Counted from the first letter of the stretch, positions 1 to 9,319 are shown. The stretch: DNA of 64,000 bases from Candidatus Methylophosphatis haderslevensis (GCA_016711925.1 JADJSA010000007.1:18087-82086), one strand, 5' to 3'. Translations and numbers: made by a program. Notes: a model not told the origin generated them from the sequence alone.

Positions 1-80
1 TGCGAACACGCGGATTTCAGGTGCCCGATGGTGACCGGAATTGCCGCTTTTTGTTGCACGGTATCACTACCCCCGCCCGT

Positions 81-94
81 TTGATCCACGTCAA
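81..94 (+). promoter_or_regulatory. FNR/Anr-type box TTGATCCACGTCAA upstream of hemN
   Basis: TTGAT-N4-GTCAA matches the consensus TTGAT-N4-ATCAA at 9 of 10 positions. It is centred about 60 nt upstream of the hemN ATG at 148. hemN is a classical Fnr/Anr target. Confidence 0.55.
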
Positions 95-147
95 CGTGCC
101 CGCTGCCCGGTTCTGCGAATCTGCCGCACTATTGGCGCTTCCTTGAC

Positions 148-1556
148 ATGACATCTGAGACAACGCAACAAAGCCCGCAGGATCTGGTTTTCGATCCCCA
201 GCTCATCAGACGCTTCGACGTCAACGGCCCGCGTTATACCTCGTATCCTACGGCAGACCGGTTCGTCGAAGCTTTTGACGCCAGGCCCTCGGCGCATGGC
301 TAGGCAAGCGGTCGGTCGGAGGCCTCAGCCGACCACTCTCATTATACGTCCATATACCGTTCTGCAACACGATCTGCTACTACTGCGCCTGCAACAAGAT
401 CATTACCAAGGATCACGGGCGCTCGGCCAAGTACCTGACTTATCTGGCAAAAGAGGTCGCCATGCAGGCGGCGCTGCTGGATGGGAGCCGGGACGCCATC
501 CAGCTTCACCTGGGCGGCGGCACACCGACTTTCCTTTCGCACGACGAGATGCGCCAGTTGATCGGCAACCTGCGCGAGCACTTCCGTTTCCTGCCCAACG
601 GCGAGTATTCGATCGAGGTCGACCCGCGCAAGGTGGATTTTGCGACGGTGCAACTGCTGGCCGAACTCGGTTTCAACCGCATGAGCGTCGGCATCCAGGA
701 TTTCGACCCTGACGTGCAGCGCGCGGTCAATCGGGTGCAGAGCATCGAGGAAACCCGCGCGGTGATCGATGCTGCGCGCGCCAACGGATTCAAGTCGGTC
801 AGCGTCGACCTGATCTACGGTCTGCCCAAGCAGAATGTCATAAGCTTCAATCGCACGCTCGATCAGATGATCGAGATCCTGCCCGACCGCCTGTCCGTCT
901 ACAACTACGCGCACCTGCCCGGCCTGTTCAAGCCGCAACGACGCATCGCCGAGGCAGAGTTGCCGTCTGCCGACACCAAGCTGCAGATTCTGTCGCTGGC
1001 GATACGCCGGCTGACCGAGGCCGGCTACGTGTATATCGGGATGGATCACTTCGCGCGGCCGGACGACGAACTGGCGGTCGCCCAGCGCCAGGGACGCCTG
1101 CACCGGAATTTCCAGGGCTACTCGACCTACGCCGATTGCGATCTGCTGGCTTTCGGGGTTTCGGCCATCGGCAAGGTCGGCCCCTCGTACAGCCAGAATT
1201 TCCGTACCGTCGACGAGTACTACGACGCACTCGATGGCGGCGTGCTGCCGGTGATGCGCGGCATCGAACTGACGGCCGACGACCTGTTGCGCCGCTCGAT
1301 CATTCAGGCGCTGATGTGCCATTTCGAACTGTCGATCGAGGGCATCGAGGTCGCGCACCTGATCGATTTCAACAGCTACTTTGCCGCCGAGCTTGCCGAT
1401 TTGCGCGACATGGAAAGCGCCGGTCTGGTCCGCGTCGACGACCAGTGGATCACCGTGCTGCCGCGTGGCCGCCTGCTGGTGCGCGCCATCGCGATGCTGT
1501 TCGATCGCTTCCTGCGCATCGATCGCGGCAGGGCGCGCTATTCGAAAGTGATCTAG
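148..1556 (+). pseudogene. hemN: oxygen-independent coproporphyrinogen III oxidase HemN (radical SAM), frame broken once near 280-300
   Basis: The ATG at 148 gives [44 protein letters not shown] and stops at 301. Another frame continues with [37 protein letters not shown] (CxxxCxxC motif), GGGTPTF and so on to the stop at 1556. The two parts together are colinear with full-length HemN. Confidence 0.85.
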
Positions 1557-1651
1557 CCGCCGCAGGCGATCCGGCCACGCGCTCCCGCAGCCGCTGCGGC
1601 GCGTGCGCGTAGAATCTGCCGCATGTACCTCGTCGCCGCTCAATTTCGCCA

Positions 1652-2356
1652 ATGCCCGAGACCGGCTACATCGCTGTCTTTCTGATCGGGCTGCTCGGCG
1701 GTACCCACTGCGTCGGCATGTGCGGCGGCATCGTCGGCGCGCTGACCGTCACGCGCCCCGGCAGCAAGCCGGACTGGCAGTTGCACGCCGCCTACAATCT
1801 CGGCCGCATCACCTCGTACACCGCGGCCGGCGCCGCGCTCGGCGCGATCGGCGGCCTGGGCATGGTGCTCAACAACGTGCTGCCGGTGCAGATGGCGCTC
1901 TACGTCGTCGCCAATGTCATGCTGATCGCGCTCGGACTCTATCTGACCGGCATGACCTCGCTGCTGGCGCCGCTGGAGCGGGCCGGCCATCGGGTGTGGA
2001 CGCGGATTCAGCCGCTGACAGCCCGTTTCCTCCCGGCGCGGCGCATCGCGCAGGCCTATCCGCTGGGCCTGCTGTGGGGATTCTTGCCCTGCGGCCTGGT
2101 CTATTCGGTGCTGGCGACGGCGCTGGTGTCCGGTTCGGCGACGCGCGGCGCGGGTCTGCTGCTCGCATTCGGCCTCGGTACCCTGCCCAACCTGATGCTG
2201 GCCGGCATGCTGCTCACGCGCCTGCGCGAGTTCGCGCGACAGAAGTGGCTGCGCGTCGGCTCCGGCGCGCTGGTGCTGGGATTCGGCGTGTTCGGGCTGT
2301 TCAACGCGAGCACGCTCGGCGGCAAGCTGTGGCAGGGTGTGGTTTGCCACGTGTAA
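1652..2356 (+). CDS. DsbD_2/TauE-SafE-like integral membrane protein with HCxxMCGG motif
   Basis: 234-aa multi-TM protein with N-terminal LLGGTHCVGMCGGIVGAL. This family is commonly found beside hemN and cbb3-oxidase maturation genes. Confidence 0.7.
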   Translation: MPETGYIAVFLIGLLGGTHCVGMCGGIVGALTVTRPGSKPDWQLHAAYNLGRITSYTAAGAALGAIGGLGMVLNNVLPVQMALYVVANVMLIALGLYLTGMTSLLAPLERAGHRVWTRIQPLTARFLPARRIAQAYPLGLLWGFLPCGLVYSVLATALVSGSATRGAGLLLAFGLGTLPNLMLAGMLLTRLREFARQKWLRVGSGALVLGFGVFGLFNASTLGGKLWQGVVCHV

Positions 2357-2366
2357 GATTGGCCCC

Positions 2367-2792
2367 ATGAGAATCCTGCTTGCGGTCGATGGTTCCGAGA
2401 TTTCGCATCGTGCGGTGGAGCGCGTGATCGCGCTTGCCGCGGCGTTGAAGACACCGCCCGAGCTGCATCTGCTGTATGTGCATTTGCCGGTGCCGATCGG
2501 ATTCGCCACCCGCCACGTCAGCCACGCCGCCCTCGACGCGTATTACCGCGAAGAAGGCGAGGAGGAACTGGCGCCGGCGCGCGCTCAACTCGAGGCGGCG
2601 GGCATGGCTTTCACGCCGCATGTCCATGTCGGGCAGCCGGGCGAGACGATATGTCATGTCGCCGGTCAGCTCGGATGCGAGTTGATCGCCATGGGAACCC
2701 ACGGGCGGGGGGCGCTTGCCGACATGATGATCGGCTCGGTTGCCCGCAAGGTGCTTCACCTGGCCACCATGCCGGTCGTGTTGTCGAAATAG
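2367..2792 (+). CDS. universal stress protein UspA family
   Basis: MRILLAVDGSEISHRAV... followed by GTHGRGALADMMIGSVARKVLHLATMPVVL, the typical Usp ATP-binding C-terminus. The ATG at 2367 lies just after the upstream stop; the ORF-track start at 2337 overlaps the previous gene. Confidence 0.8.
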   Translation: MRILLAVDGSEISHRAVERVIALAAALKTPPELHLLYVHLPVPIGFATRHVSHAALDAYYREEGEEELAPARAQLEAAGMAFTPHVHVGQPGETICHVAGQLGCELIAMGTHGRGALADMMIGSVARKVLHLATMPVVLSK

Positions 2793-2824
2793 TACCGGTC
2801 AGCGCTGCCCCGGCCGCGCAAGTC

Positions 2825-5212
2825 ATGAACGCTCCCGCCGAACCCAGATTTCAACTCGACCTGCCGATCGAGGGCATGACTTGCGCCGCCTGTGCGGCGC
2901 GCATCGAGCGCGTGCTCAACCGGCTGCCCGATGTCGGCGCCTCGGTGAATTTCGCTGCGGAGCGCGCCAGCATCGCCGTCGGTTCGCAAAGCACGCCGGC
3001 GCAAGTGATCGCGGCAATCGAAGGCGCCGGGTTTTCGGTGCCGCCACGGCGCGTCGAATTCGCGCTGACCGGCATGACCTGCGCGGCGTGCGCGGCGCGT
3101 ATCGAAACCGTGCTCAACCGTCTGCCCGGCGTGCAAGGCGGGGTCAATTTCGCGACCGAGACCGCGGCGGTGCAACTGACGCCGGGGCTTGCCGACGAGC
3201 AGGCGGTGGTCGATGCGGTGCGCGCGGCCGGGTTCGATGCCCGCCTGGCCCTGCCGGCCAACCGCGACGATGACCAGCGCCGGCGTGCCGCCCAGTGGCA
3301 CGCGGAGTTCCGCCGTTTCCTGATTTCGGCGGCATTGACGCTGCCGCTGCTCGCCCAGATGCCGGCGATGTTCGTCGGCGGCGTGCATGACCTGGTGCCG
3401 CGCGGCGTGCAACTGCTGCTCGCCACGCCGGTGCAGTGGTGGGTCGGCTGGCGCTTCTACAACGGGGCGTGGAAGTCGCTGCGCGGCGGCGCCGCCAACA
3501 TGGATGTGCTGGTCGCACTGGGTACCAGCATGGCATACCTGTGGAGCGTGGTCGTCACGCTCGCCGGTCGCCACGACCTGCATGTTTACTTCGAGGCCTC
3601 GGCCACCATCATCACGCTGGTCCTGCTCGGCAAGCTGCTCGAATCGCGCGCCAAGGCGCGTGCCGGCGAGGCGATCGAAGCGTTGATCCGGCTGCAGCCG
3701 CAGACTGCCCGGATCGAGCGCGACGGGCAGGTGGTCGAGGTGCCGGTCGGCGAATTGCGCAGTGGCGATGTCTTCCTGGTGCGGGCCGGCGATGCAATGC
3801 CGGTCGATGGCGTGGTGCTGGACGGCGAATCGAGCGCCAGCGAGGCCATGCTCACCGGCGAGAGCATGCCGGTCGACAAGCGCGCGGGCGACAAGGTATT
3901 CGCCGCCACCATCAACGGCGCCGGACTGCTGCGCTGTCGCGCCAGCGGCGTGGGCGAGGCGACGCTGCTGGCCGGCATCATCCGCATGGTGGCGCAGGCG
4001 CAGGGCTCGAAGGCGCCGGTGCAGCGGCTGGCCGACCGGATCGCTGCGATCTTCGTGCCGACCGTCTGCGCGCTTGCGCTGGCGACGTTCTGCTTCTGGG
4101 CGTGGCGCAGCGGTTTCGAGGTCGCGCTGGTCAATGCGGTCGCCGTGCTGGTGATCGCCTGCCCGTGCGCGCTCGGGTTGGCGGTGCCGACTGCCATCAT
4201 GGTCGGCACCGGCCGCGGCGCGGCGGCCGGCATCCTGGTCAAGAATGCCGAGTCGCTGGAGCGGGCCGAACATGTCAAGGTGCTGGTGGTCGACAAGACC
4301 GGCACGCTCACGGTCGGCCGCCCGCTGGTGACCGATCTGCGCGGTCTGGCGGGCCATGGCGAGGCACAGGTGCTGCGCCTGGCGGCGAGCCTCGAGCAGG
4401 CGAGCGCGCATCCGCTGGCGCTGGCGATTGTCGAACGGGCGCGCCGGCAGGGCCTCGATCTGTCGCTGCCGACAGGTTTGCTGGCGGTCGCGGGCGGCGG
4501 GCTGCGCGGAACCATCGACGGAACCGATTATGTGCTCGGGTCGCCGCGATTCGTGCGCGAGCAGGGCGTGGCGCTCGCCGAGGACGTGACCGGCTCGCTC
4601 GCCGATGCGGGAAAGACGCTGGTCGTGCTCGGCAGCGGCGGCACGGCGATCGGCGTGGTCGCGATCGCCGACGCCTTGCGCGACGGCGCGCGGGCGGCGA
4701 TCGCGCGGCTGCGCGAGGCCGGCGTGCGCGTGGTCATGCTGACCGGCGACAATCCGCAGACGGCGCGCGCGGTTGCGCGCGAGGCGGGCATCGCGGAGTT
4801 CGAGGCCGAACTGCTGCCGGCCGACAAGGCGCGGCGGGTCGAGGCGCTGAAATCGCCGGCCGGTCTGGTCGGCATGGCGGGCGACGGCATCAACGATGCG
4901 CCGGCGCTGGCCGCTGCCGATGTCAGCTTCGCCATCGGCAGCGGCGCCGACGTGGCGATGGAGGCGGCCGACATGACGCTGGTGAAGAGCGATCTGGCGG
5001 GGGTTGCCGATGCGATCGACCTGTCTCGCGCAACCTTGTCGAAGATCCGTCAGAATCTGTTCTTCGCCTTCGTCTACAATGCGTTGGGCATACCGCTGGC
5101 CGCGCTGGGGCTGCTCAATCCGGTGATCGCCGGGGCGGCGATGGCGATGTCGTCGGTGTCGGTAGTGAGCAATTCGCTGCTGCTGCGCCGCTGGAAGCCG
5201 GCCATCCGATAG
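2825..5212 (+). CDS. copA: copper-translocating P1B-type ATPase with two N-terminal HMA domains
   Basis: Two GMTCAACAARIE metal-binding domains, CPC motif (ACPCALGLAVPTAI), DKTGTLT phosphorylation site and GDGINDAPAL hinge. The start is taken at MNAPAEP (2825), because the upstream part of the ORF overlaps uspA. Confidence 0.9.
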   Translation: MNAPAEPRFQLDLPIEGMTCAACAARIERVLNRLPDVGASVNFAAERASIAVGSQSTPAQVIAAIEGAGFSVPPRRVEFALTGMTCAACAARIETVLNRLPGVQGGVNFATETAAVQLTPGLADEQAVVDAVRAAGFDARLALPANRDDDQRRRAAQWHAEFRRFLISAALTLPLLAQMPAMFVGGVHDLVPRGVQLLLATPVQWWVGWRFYNGAWKSLRGGAANMDVLVALGTSMAYLWSVVVTLAGRHDLHVYFEASATIITLVLLGKLLESRAKARAGEAIEALIRLQPQTARIERDGQVVEVPVGELRSGDVFLVRAGDAMPVDGVVLDGESSASEAMLTGESMPVDKRAGDKVFAATINGAGLLRCRASGVGEATLLAGIIRMVAQAQGSKAPVQRLADRIAAIFVPTVCALALATFCFWAWRSGFEVALVNAVAVLVIACPCALGLAVPTAIMVGTGRGAAAGILVKNAESLERAEHVKVLVVDKTGTLTVGRPLVTDLRGLAGHGEAQVLRLAASLEQASAHPLALAIVERARRQGLDLSLPTGLLAVAGGGLRGTIDGTDYVLGSPRFVREQGVALAEDVTGSLADAGKTLVVLGSGGTAIGVVAIADALRDGARAAIARLREAGVRVVMLTGDNPQTARAVAREAGIAEFEAELLPADKARRVEALKSPAGLVGMAGDGINDAPALAAADVSFAIGSGADVAMEAADMTLVKSDLAGVADAIDLSRATLSKIRQNLFFAFVYNALGIPLAALGLLNPVIAGAAMAMSSVSVVSNSLLLRRWKPAIR

Positions 5213-5231
5213 TCATTTTCGAGGAGCAAGC

Positions 5232-5438
5232 ATGGAATCGGCAACCATCAAGATCGGCGGCATGACCTGCATGGGCTGCGTGCGCAGCGTGAGCAACGTG
5301 CTGCAGGCGCTGCCCGGCGTCAGCCGCGCCGAGGTGTCGCTGGAGCGCGGCGAGGCGCATGTCGAGTTCGATTCGGCCAGCGTGTCGACCGCCGCACTCA
5401 AGGCGGCGGTCGAGAAAGCGGGCTTCGCGGCGCCCTGA
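5232..5438 (+). CDS. copZ: CopZ-like heavy-metal-associated copper chaperone
   Basis: 68-aa protein with GMTCMGCV (MxCxxC) in an HMA fold, immediately downstream of the ATPase. Confidence 0.85.
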   Translation: MESATIKIGGMTCMGCVRSVSNVLQALPGVSRAEVSLERGEAHVEFDSASVSTAALKAAVEKAGFAAP

Positions 5439-5553
5439 AGCGGGCGTTCGCGCGGCAGCGTACACCGGCCAGCGTGCCGCGGCCTTGGCCCGACGCCGGG
5501 CGGCTGCCGGGTTGGCGCTATAATCGCGATCCGCTAGCAGGGAGTAAAACTAC

Positions 5554-6102
5554 ATGGGTCTCGATCGCGTTCCATCCGGCAAGAATCTGCCGAACGATTT
5601 CAACGTCGTCATCGAAATTTCGATGCACGCCGATCCGATCAAGTACGAAGTCGACAAGGAATCCGGCGCGATTTTCGTCGACCGCTTCATGGGTACGGCC
5701 ATGCACTATCCGTGCAATTACGGCTACATCCCGCACACCATCGCCGGCGACGGCGATCCGGTCGACGTGCTGGTGGTGTCGCCGTTCGGGCTGCCGCCCG
5801 GCACCGTGGTGCGCTGCCGCCCGGTCGGCATGCTGTCGATGGAAGACGAGGCGGGCGCCGACGCCAAGCTGCTCGCCGTGCCGGTCGACCAATTGACGCC
5901 GATGTACCGCGATATCGAGAGCCCGCGCGATTTTCCGCAGATCATGCTCGACCAGATTTCGCACTTTTTCTCCCACTACAAGGATCTCGAGCGCGGCAAG
6001 TTCGTCAAATTGCGCGGCTGGCTCGGCGCCGAAGAAGCGAAGACTGAAATCATCGAAGGCGTGCAGCGCTTTGCCGACGCGAAGGAGAAGCCGGCGTTCT
6101 AA
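5554..6102 (+). CDS. ppa: inorganic pyrophosphatase
   Basis: 182 aa with YPCNYGYIPHTIAGDGDPVDVLV and other family I PPase signatures. Confidence 0.92.
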   Translation: MGLDRVPSGKNLPNDFNVVIEISMHADPIKYEVDKESGAIFVDRFMGTAMHYPCNYGYIPHTIAGDGDPVDVLVVSPFGLPPGTVVRCRPVGMLSMEDEAGADAKLLAVPVDQLTPMYRDIESPRDFPQIMLDQISHFFSHYKDLERGKFVKLRGWLGAEEAKTEIIEGVQRFADAKEKPAF

Positions 6103-6120
6103 GCCCCGCCTGCCGCAGGC

Positions 6121-6147
6121 AAAAGCCCGCAGAGTGCGGGCTTTTTT
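6121..6147 (+). terminator. rho-independent terminator of ppa
   Basis: GCCCGC-AGAGT-GCGGGC hairpin followed by T6, 19 nt after the ppa stop. Confidence 0.8.
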
Positions 6148-6160
6148 ATTTTGTGGCGGT

Positions 6161-6250
6161 CTGGGAGCCGCATGGAATGGCGCTTTTCGGCATGGCAAGG
6201 CTGAGCGCCTTGCTGCATGCGGGCTCCAGCCTTGCCTGCCATGAAAGTCT
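6161..6250. repeat. REP-like palindromic intergenic element, copy A
   Basis: CTGGGAGCCGCATGGAATGGCGCT...GGCATGGCAAGGCTG...CATGCGGGCTCCAGCCTTGCC with nested inverted repeats. Near-identical to 17516-17605. Confidence 0.8.
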
Positions 6251-6330
6251 TACTGTACAAGGCTCTCCAGGCTGCCGGTTAACGCGGCCCATCAGTGGCG
6301 AGCGGCGCGCCAGCCGTTGCGGTTGTCGGC

Positions 6331-7455
6331 TCAAGAGGTCAGTCGGCGGGCGTTTGCCGCCTCGGCCGGCGGCAGGCGCTTGAGCGGAATGTTGACGTAG
6401 ATGCCGGCGAACAGGTCCGCATCGAGATAGTCGGCCGGCTTCGCAAGGTTGAAGCGCGGCGCGATTTCGTCGATCGCGAGGCGCGTCTTGTCGTCGAGCG
6501 TGCCGGTCGCGGCGAGCGGAAAGCCGAATTCCTTGAGCGTGTTCTGCAGCCACTTGACCTTGGTCGGCGTATCGTTCTTGACGTAGCTGCGCTTGATCGC
6601 ATCCATGACAACCGGGTCGGCCTTGCCGTTCGGAATGCAGCGCCAGTAGGGCACGTTGGTATGACGGCCGAGCACTTCGAGCACCGACAGGTCGACCAGC
6701 AGGCGGATCGCGCTGTGGCGTCCCTGCAGGTAGCGCGTGTTGCTCACCACGCCGAAGGCATTGCCATAGATCGCAAAATCGATGCCGTTCTCGTAAGTCT
6801 GGTTGAGCACCCGGATCGTGTTGGTCGCCTGCACCCGCGGAATCATGGTCTGGGTGCTGAAATCGATCAGGTTCAGATCGAGCGACAGATCGGACAATGT
6901 GGTGGCCGATTTGCGGTCCCAACTCAGGTCGGTCTGGCCGCGCCCGCCGCCGAACACGCCGCGTGCGTTCGCGCCCTTGCCCGCGCTGCCGATGGCGCGG
7001 TCGAATTCGGTGATCGCGCCGGTTATCAAAACGTCCGGCTGGGTCAGTTGAATCTTGGAACCCTGCTGCGCGTGGGCGATCACGTAATCGGGCTGGAACG
7101 GAACATATACGACTCGCTGCCCGACCCGGTTGATCGCGCTGCGCACCATCTCGGTGACGTCGCCGGGAAGTTCGGCGCCGACCAGCGGATGCGAAAGACC
7201 GGTGGCATCGCCGATGCCGCGCGTCTGCACATAGAGCACCTTGCCCGACGGGCGATACTTCTCCAGCAGGTCGCCGAAGCTCTCCAGCGCGCCGCTGTAG
7301 CGCGTGACCAGCGCGGTCGGGCTGCTCGATTCGGCCGTCTTCCTGGCCACCAATTCGCGCGCCGCCTTTTCGGACTCGCCGAGGGTTGCACACCCGCCGC
7401 CGGCCAGGCTGGCGATGGAGAGCAGAGCCAGACAACAGAATTTCGATGTGTTCAT
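6331..7455 (-). CDS. CsgG/HfaB-like outer-membrane lipoprotein with C-terminal peptidoglycan-binding domain
   Basis: Lipobox LAGGGC. Core resembles CsgG (GDATG...DVTEMVRSAINRVG...ITGAITEFD...LDLNLID). The C-terminus VKWLQNTLKEFGFPLAATGTLDDKTRLAIDE matches the PG_binding_1 pattern. Confidence 0.6.
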   Translation of the reverse strand: MNTSKFCCLALLSIASLAGGGCATLGESEKAARELVARKTAESSSPTALVTRYSGALESFGDLLEKYRPSGKVLYVQTRGIGDATGLSHPLVGAELPGDVTEMVRSAINRVGQRVVYVPFQPDYVIAHAQQGSKIQLTQPDVLITGAITEFDRAIGSAGKGANARGVFGGGRGQTDLSWDRKSATTLSDLSLDLNLIDFSTQTMIPRVQATNTIRVLNQTYENGIDFAIYGNAFGVVSNTRYLQGRHSAIRLLVDLSVLEVLGRHTNVPYWRCIPNGKADPVVMDAIKRSYVKNDTPTKVKWLQNTLKEFGFPLAATGTLDDKTRLAIDEIAPRFNLAKPADYLDADLFAGIYVNIPLKRLPPAEAANARRLTS

Positions 7456-7482
7456 GATCTCGTCCCGCCTATGGTTGGAAAT

Positions 7483-7857
7483 CTACTTGCCGCCCACCGT
7501 CGTGATGTTTCCGTTGATCGCGCCCCGTTCGACGATCACCGTGATGTTGCCGCGATTGCCGCCTTCGATATGCGGGCTCGCGATGTTGATGTCGCCGCCG
7601 TTGTCGTCCGGATTCGCCGAGACGGACTGCTTGTTGGCGATGGCGGTACGCACGTTCGACATGGCTTCATGCGTCGCGCGATGAGCCTTGCTGCGTGCCG
7701 CAACCGCGTAGATGCCGATATTCCGAACGTCGATCGGCTCGCGGTCGAGTTGCGCGGCATAGCCCTTGATCGGCGCGTAATACTCCGGGTCGATCGCGTT
7801 GGACACGTTTGCGATCAGGCAGCCCCAAAGTGCCAGGACAATTTTTCGTAGCAGCAT
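7483..7857 (-). CDS. small exported protein (124 aa), Gly/Asn-rich C-terminal repeats
   Basis: ATG at 7857, N-terminal hydrophobic signal MLLRKIVLALWGCLIANVSNA, tail GGDINIASPHIEGGNRGNITVIVERGAINGNITTVGGK. Only the last 124 codons of the 288-aa track ORF look coding. Confidence 0.5.
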   Translation of the reverse strand: MLLRKIVLALWGCLIANVSNAIDPEYYAPIKGYAAQLDREPIDVRNIGIYAVAARSKAHRATHEAMSNVRTAIANKQSVSANPDDNGGDINIASPHIEGGNRGNITVIVERGAINGNITTVGGK

Positions 7858-7913
7858 CTTTGCCTCCGGGCCGGACTGGGGGGCGACCGGGCGTCGCCCC
7901 CCAACGCGATTGA

Positions 7914-8270
7914 TCACTTCAGTACAACGGAATTCACGTTCATCGTGCCGCCACCGAGGTTGTAGACGTCTTCCGCCTTGTTGCCGTCGATCAGTACCGT
8001 CCCGCCGATCTTGCCGCCATTGGAGACCACCAGCGAGTTCACGTTGGTTTCGCCTGCCGCATCGACCTGGACTTTCGCACCCGTGAGCGCCCCGAGAACG
8101 CCGCCCGACTTGACCCCGACGTTCGCGCCGCCGGACATGATCCGGGTCGCCTTGTTGTTGCTTACGGTGACCGATGCGCCCGACATGATCTCCGGTGCGC
8201 CGGCGGCGAGTACGGACATCGACGCGGCAGCCAGCGTGGAAATGACAATCAACTTGGATACGATCTTCAT
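7914..8270 (-). CDS. small secreted repeat protein (118 aa), beta-solenoid/curlin-like periodicity
   Basis: Signal peptide MKIVSKLIVISTLAAASMSVLAAGA. The mature part is Gly/Asn/Val-rich, with a GG...V.V pattern recurring every ~15-17 aa. Confidence 0.6.
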   Translation of the reverse strand: MKIVSKLIVISTLAAASMSVLAAGAPEIMSGASVTVSNNKATRIMSGGANVGVKSGGVLGALTGAKVQVDAAGETNVNSLVVSNGGKIGGTVLIDGNKAEDVYNLGGGTMNVNSVVLK

Positions 8271-8361
8271 GTTGTGACTCCTTCTTGCGATGGTGGATGG
8301 TTGGCCGAAATTCGACCGGGTTGCCGGTGCCGCGCATGTCGCCCGGCACGAACGGAATCAG

Positions 8362-9169
8362 TCAGGCGAGGGCGCGAAACTGCACGCGACGGTTGTAGGC
8401 GCTGTTCGGGTGGGTGCCAGGCAGCGGCTTGGCGGAACCCAGCCCCTTCGCAACCAGCGCCGCTTCCGGGATGGCGTGGCTGGCGATCAGGTAGCGTTTG
8501 ACGGCCTCGGCGCGGAGCCGCGACAGCTTGAGGTTGCCGGCGCTCGAACCTGCGGCATTGGTGTGTCCCTCCACCACCACCTTGCGTTCGAAGCCTGCCA
8601 GCTTGATGCCCTCGGCGATCGAGTCGATCGCGCGCTTGGAGGCATCATTCAACTGCCATGAATTGTTGGCGAACTTGATCGCCAGCGCCAATGCGTCCGC
8701 CTTGCCGGCCGAGGCCGGCCGGGGCGATTCCGTCTGTTGCGCGGCCTTTCGCGCATAGGCGGTCGAAGCCACCGCTTCGCCGCGCAAGCCATCCGCCCGG
8801 GACGGCAGCGCATAGGCGGTCTTCTGCATCGCGCCGCCACTGCCGCGCTGCGCGATCTGGCCGAGTTTTGCGTTCCATGCGCCGACTGCTGCACTCGCGC
8901 TGGCGGCGATCTCGTCTTCGCTGACGGTATGGCCGGCATCCTTGATTTCCTGTTCCACCGCAGCGGGTTCGTCAGGTGTATAGAACAGACCGCGCGTCTT
9001 GGGCAGGCTGGCGAAGCGTGCCGGCGTGGCGCCCAGTATCCGCGCCACCACGCGCGGGTCGGGCACGTCCCCGGCCTGGTACACCCGGATGCTTTCCGCA
9101 CAGGCTGCAGCGCTCACGACAAGGGCGATCGAGCAGGGAGAGGGTCGAGCGGATGATTCGTGCGTTCAT
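8362..9169 (-). CDS. OmpA/MotB-family peptidoglycan-associated protein; signal peptide out of frame by one base
   Basis: C-terminal OmpA_C motif VVVEGHTNAAGSSAGNLKLSRLRAEAVKRYL...NRRVQF. The track ORF starts at GTG 9117 with no signal peptide. An ATG at 9169 with an AAGGAG RBS encodes MNARIIRSTLSL. Dropping one base near 9130-9134 joins it to IALVVSAAACAES. Confidence 0.65.
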
Positions 9170-9222
9170 GATGGCTCCTTCTTCTTCCCGAGGGTCGGCA
9201 ACGTGTGTCGCTGATGTCCCTG

Positions 9223-9250
9223 TGTCGAAGGAGCGATCGCACCGGTTCAA
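9223..9250 (-). promoter_or_regulatory. ECF-type promoter candidate TTGAACC-N16-CGACA upstream of the ompA-like gene
   Basis: The minus strand reads TTGAACC-ggtgcgatcgctcctt-CGACA, in the 150-nt gap between the caspase stop (9320) and the ATG at 9169. Same -35, spacer length and -10 core as the two sites at 15769-15796 and 16156-16183. Confidence 0.55.
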
Positions 9251-9319
9251 TAATTCTTCACGGCAATTTGGCGACGGCGGTCGCGGCGCGCACGCCACCT
9301 GGGCGGTGCGCGCAGTGAA

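Noticed and set aside
342-1652. 436-aa minus-strand ORF antisense to hemN
   Set aside because: This is a typical high-GC shadow ORF. It is Arg/Ala/Gly/His-rich with no recognisable motifs and lies fully inside the well-supported hemN frame.
2756-5265. Long ORFs overlapping copA (2756..4411 minus, 3436..5265 plus, 3586..4515 minus)
   Set aside because: Their composition is extremely Arg/Gly/Ala-biased, and the copA frame carries all canonical P-type ATPase motifs.
6295-7851. 518-aa plus-strand ORF across the CsgG-like and small-protein genes
   Set aside because: It lies antisense to genes that have lipobox or signal peptides and RBSs. Its composition is typical of GC-rich out-of-frame translation.
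7858-8349. N-terminal 164 codons of the 288-aa track ORF 7483..8349
   Set aside because: It is Arg/Gly-rich and overlaps the 118-aa secreted-protein gene in another frame. Only the last 124 codons, from ATG 7857, look genuine.
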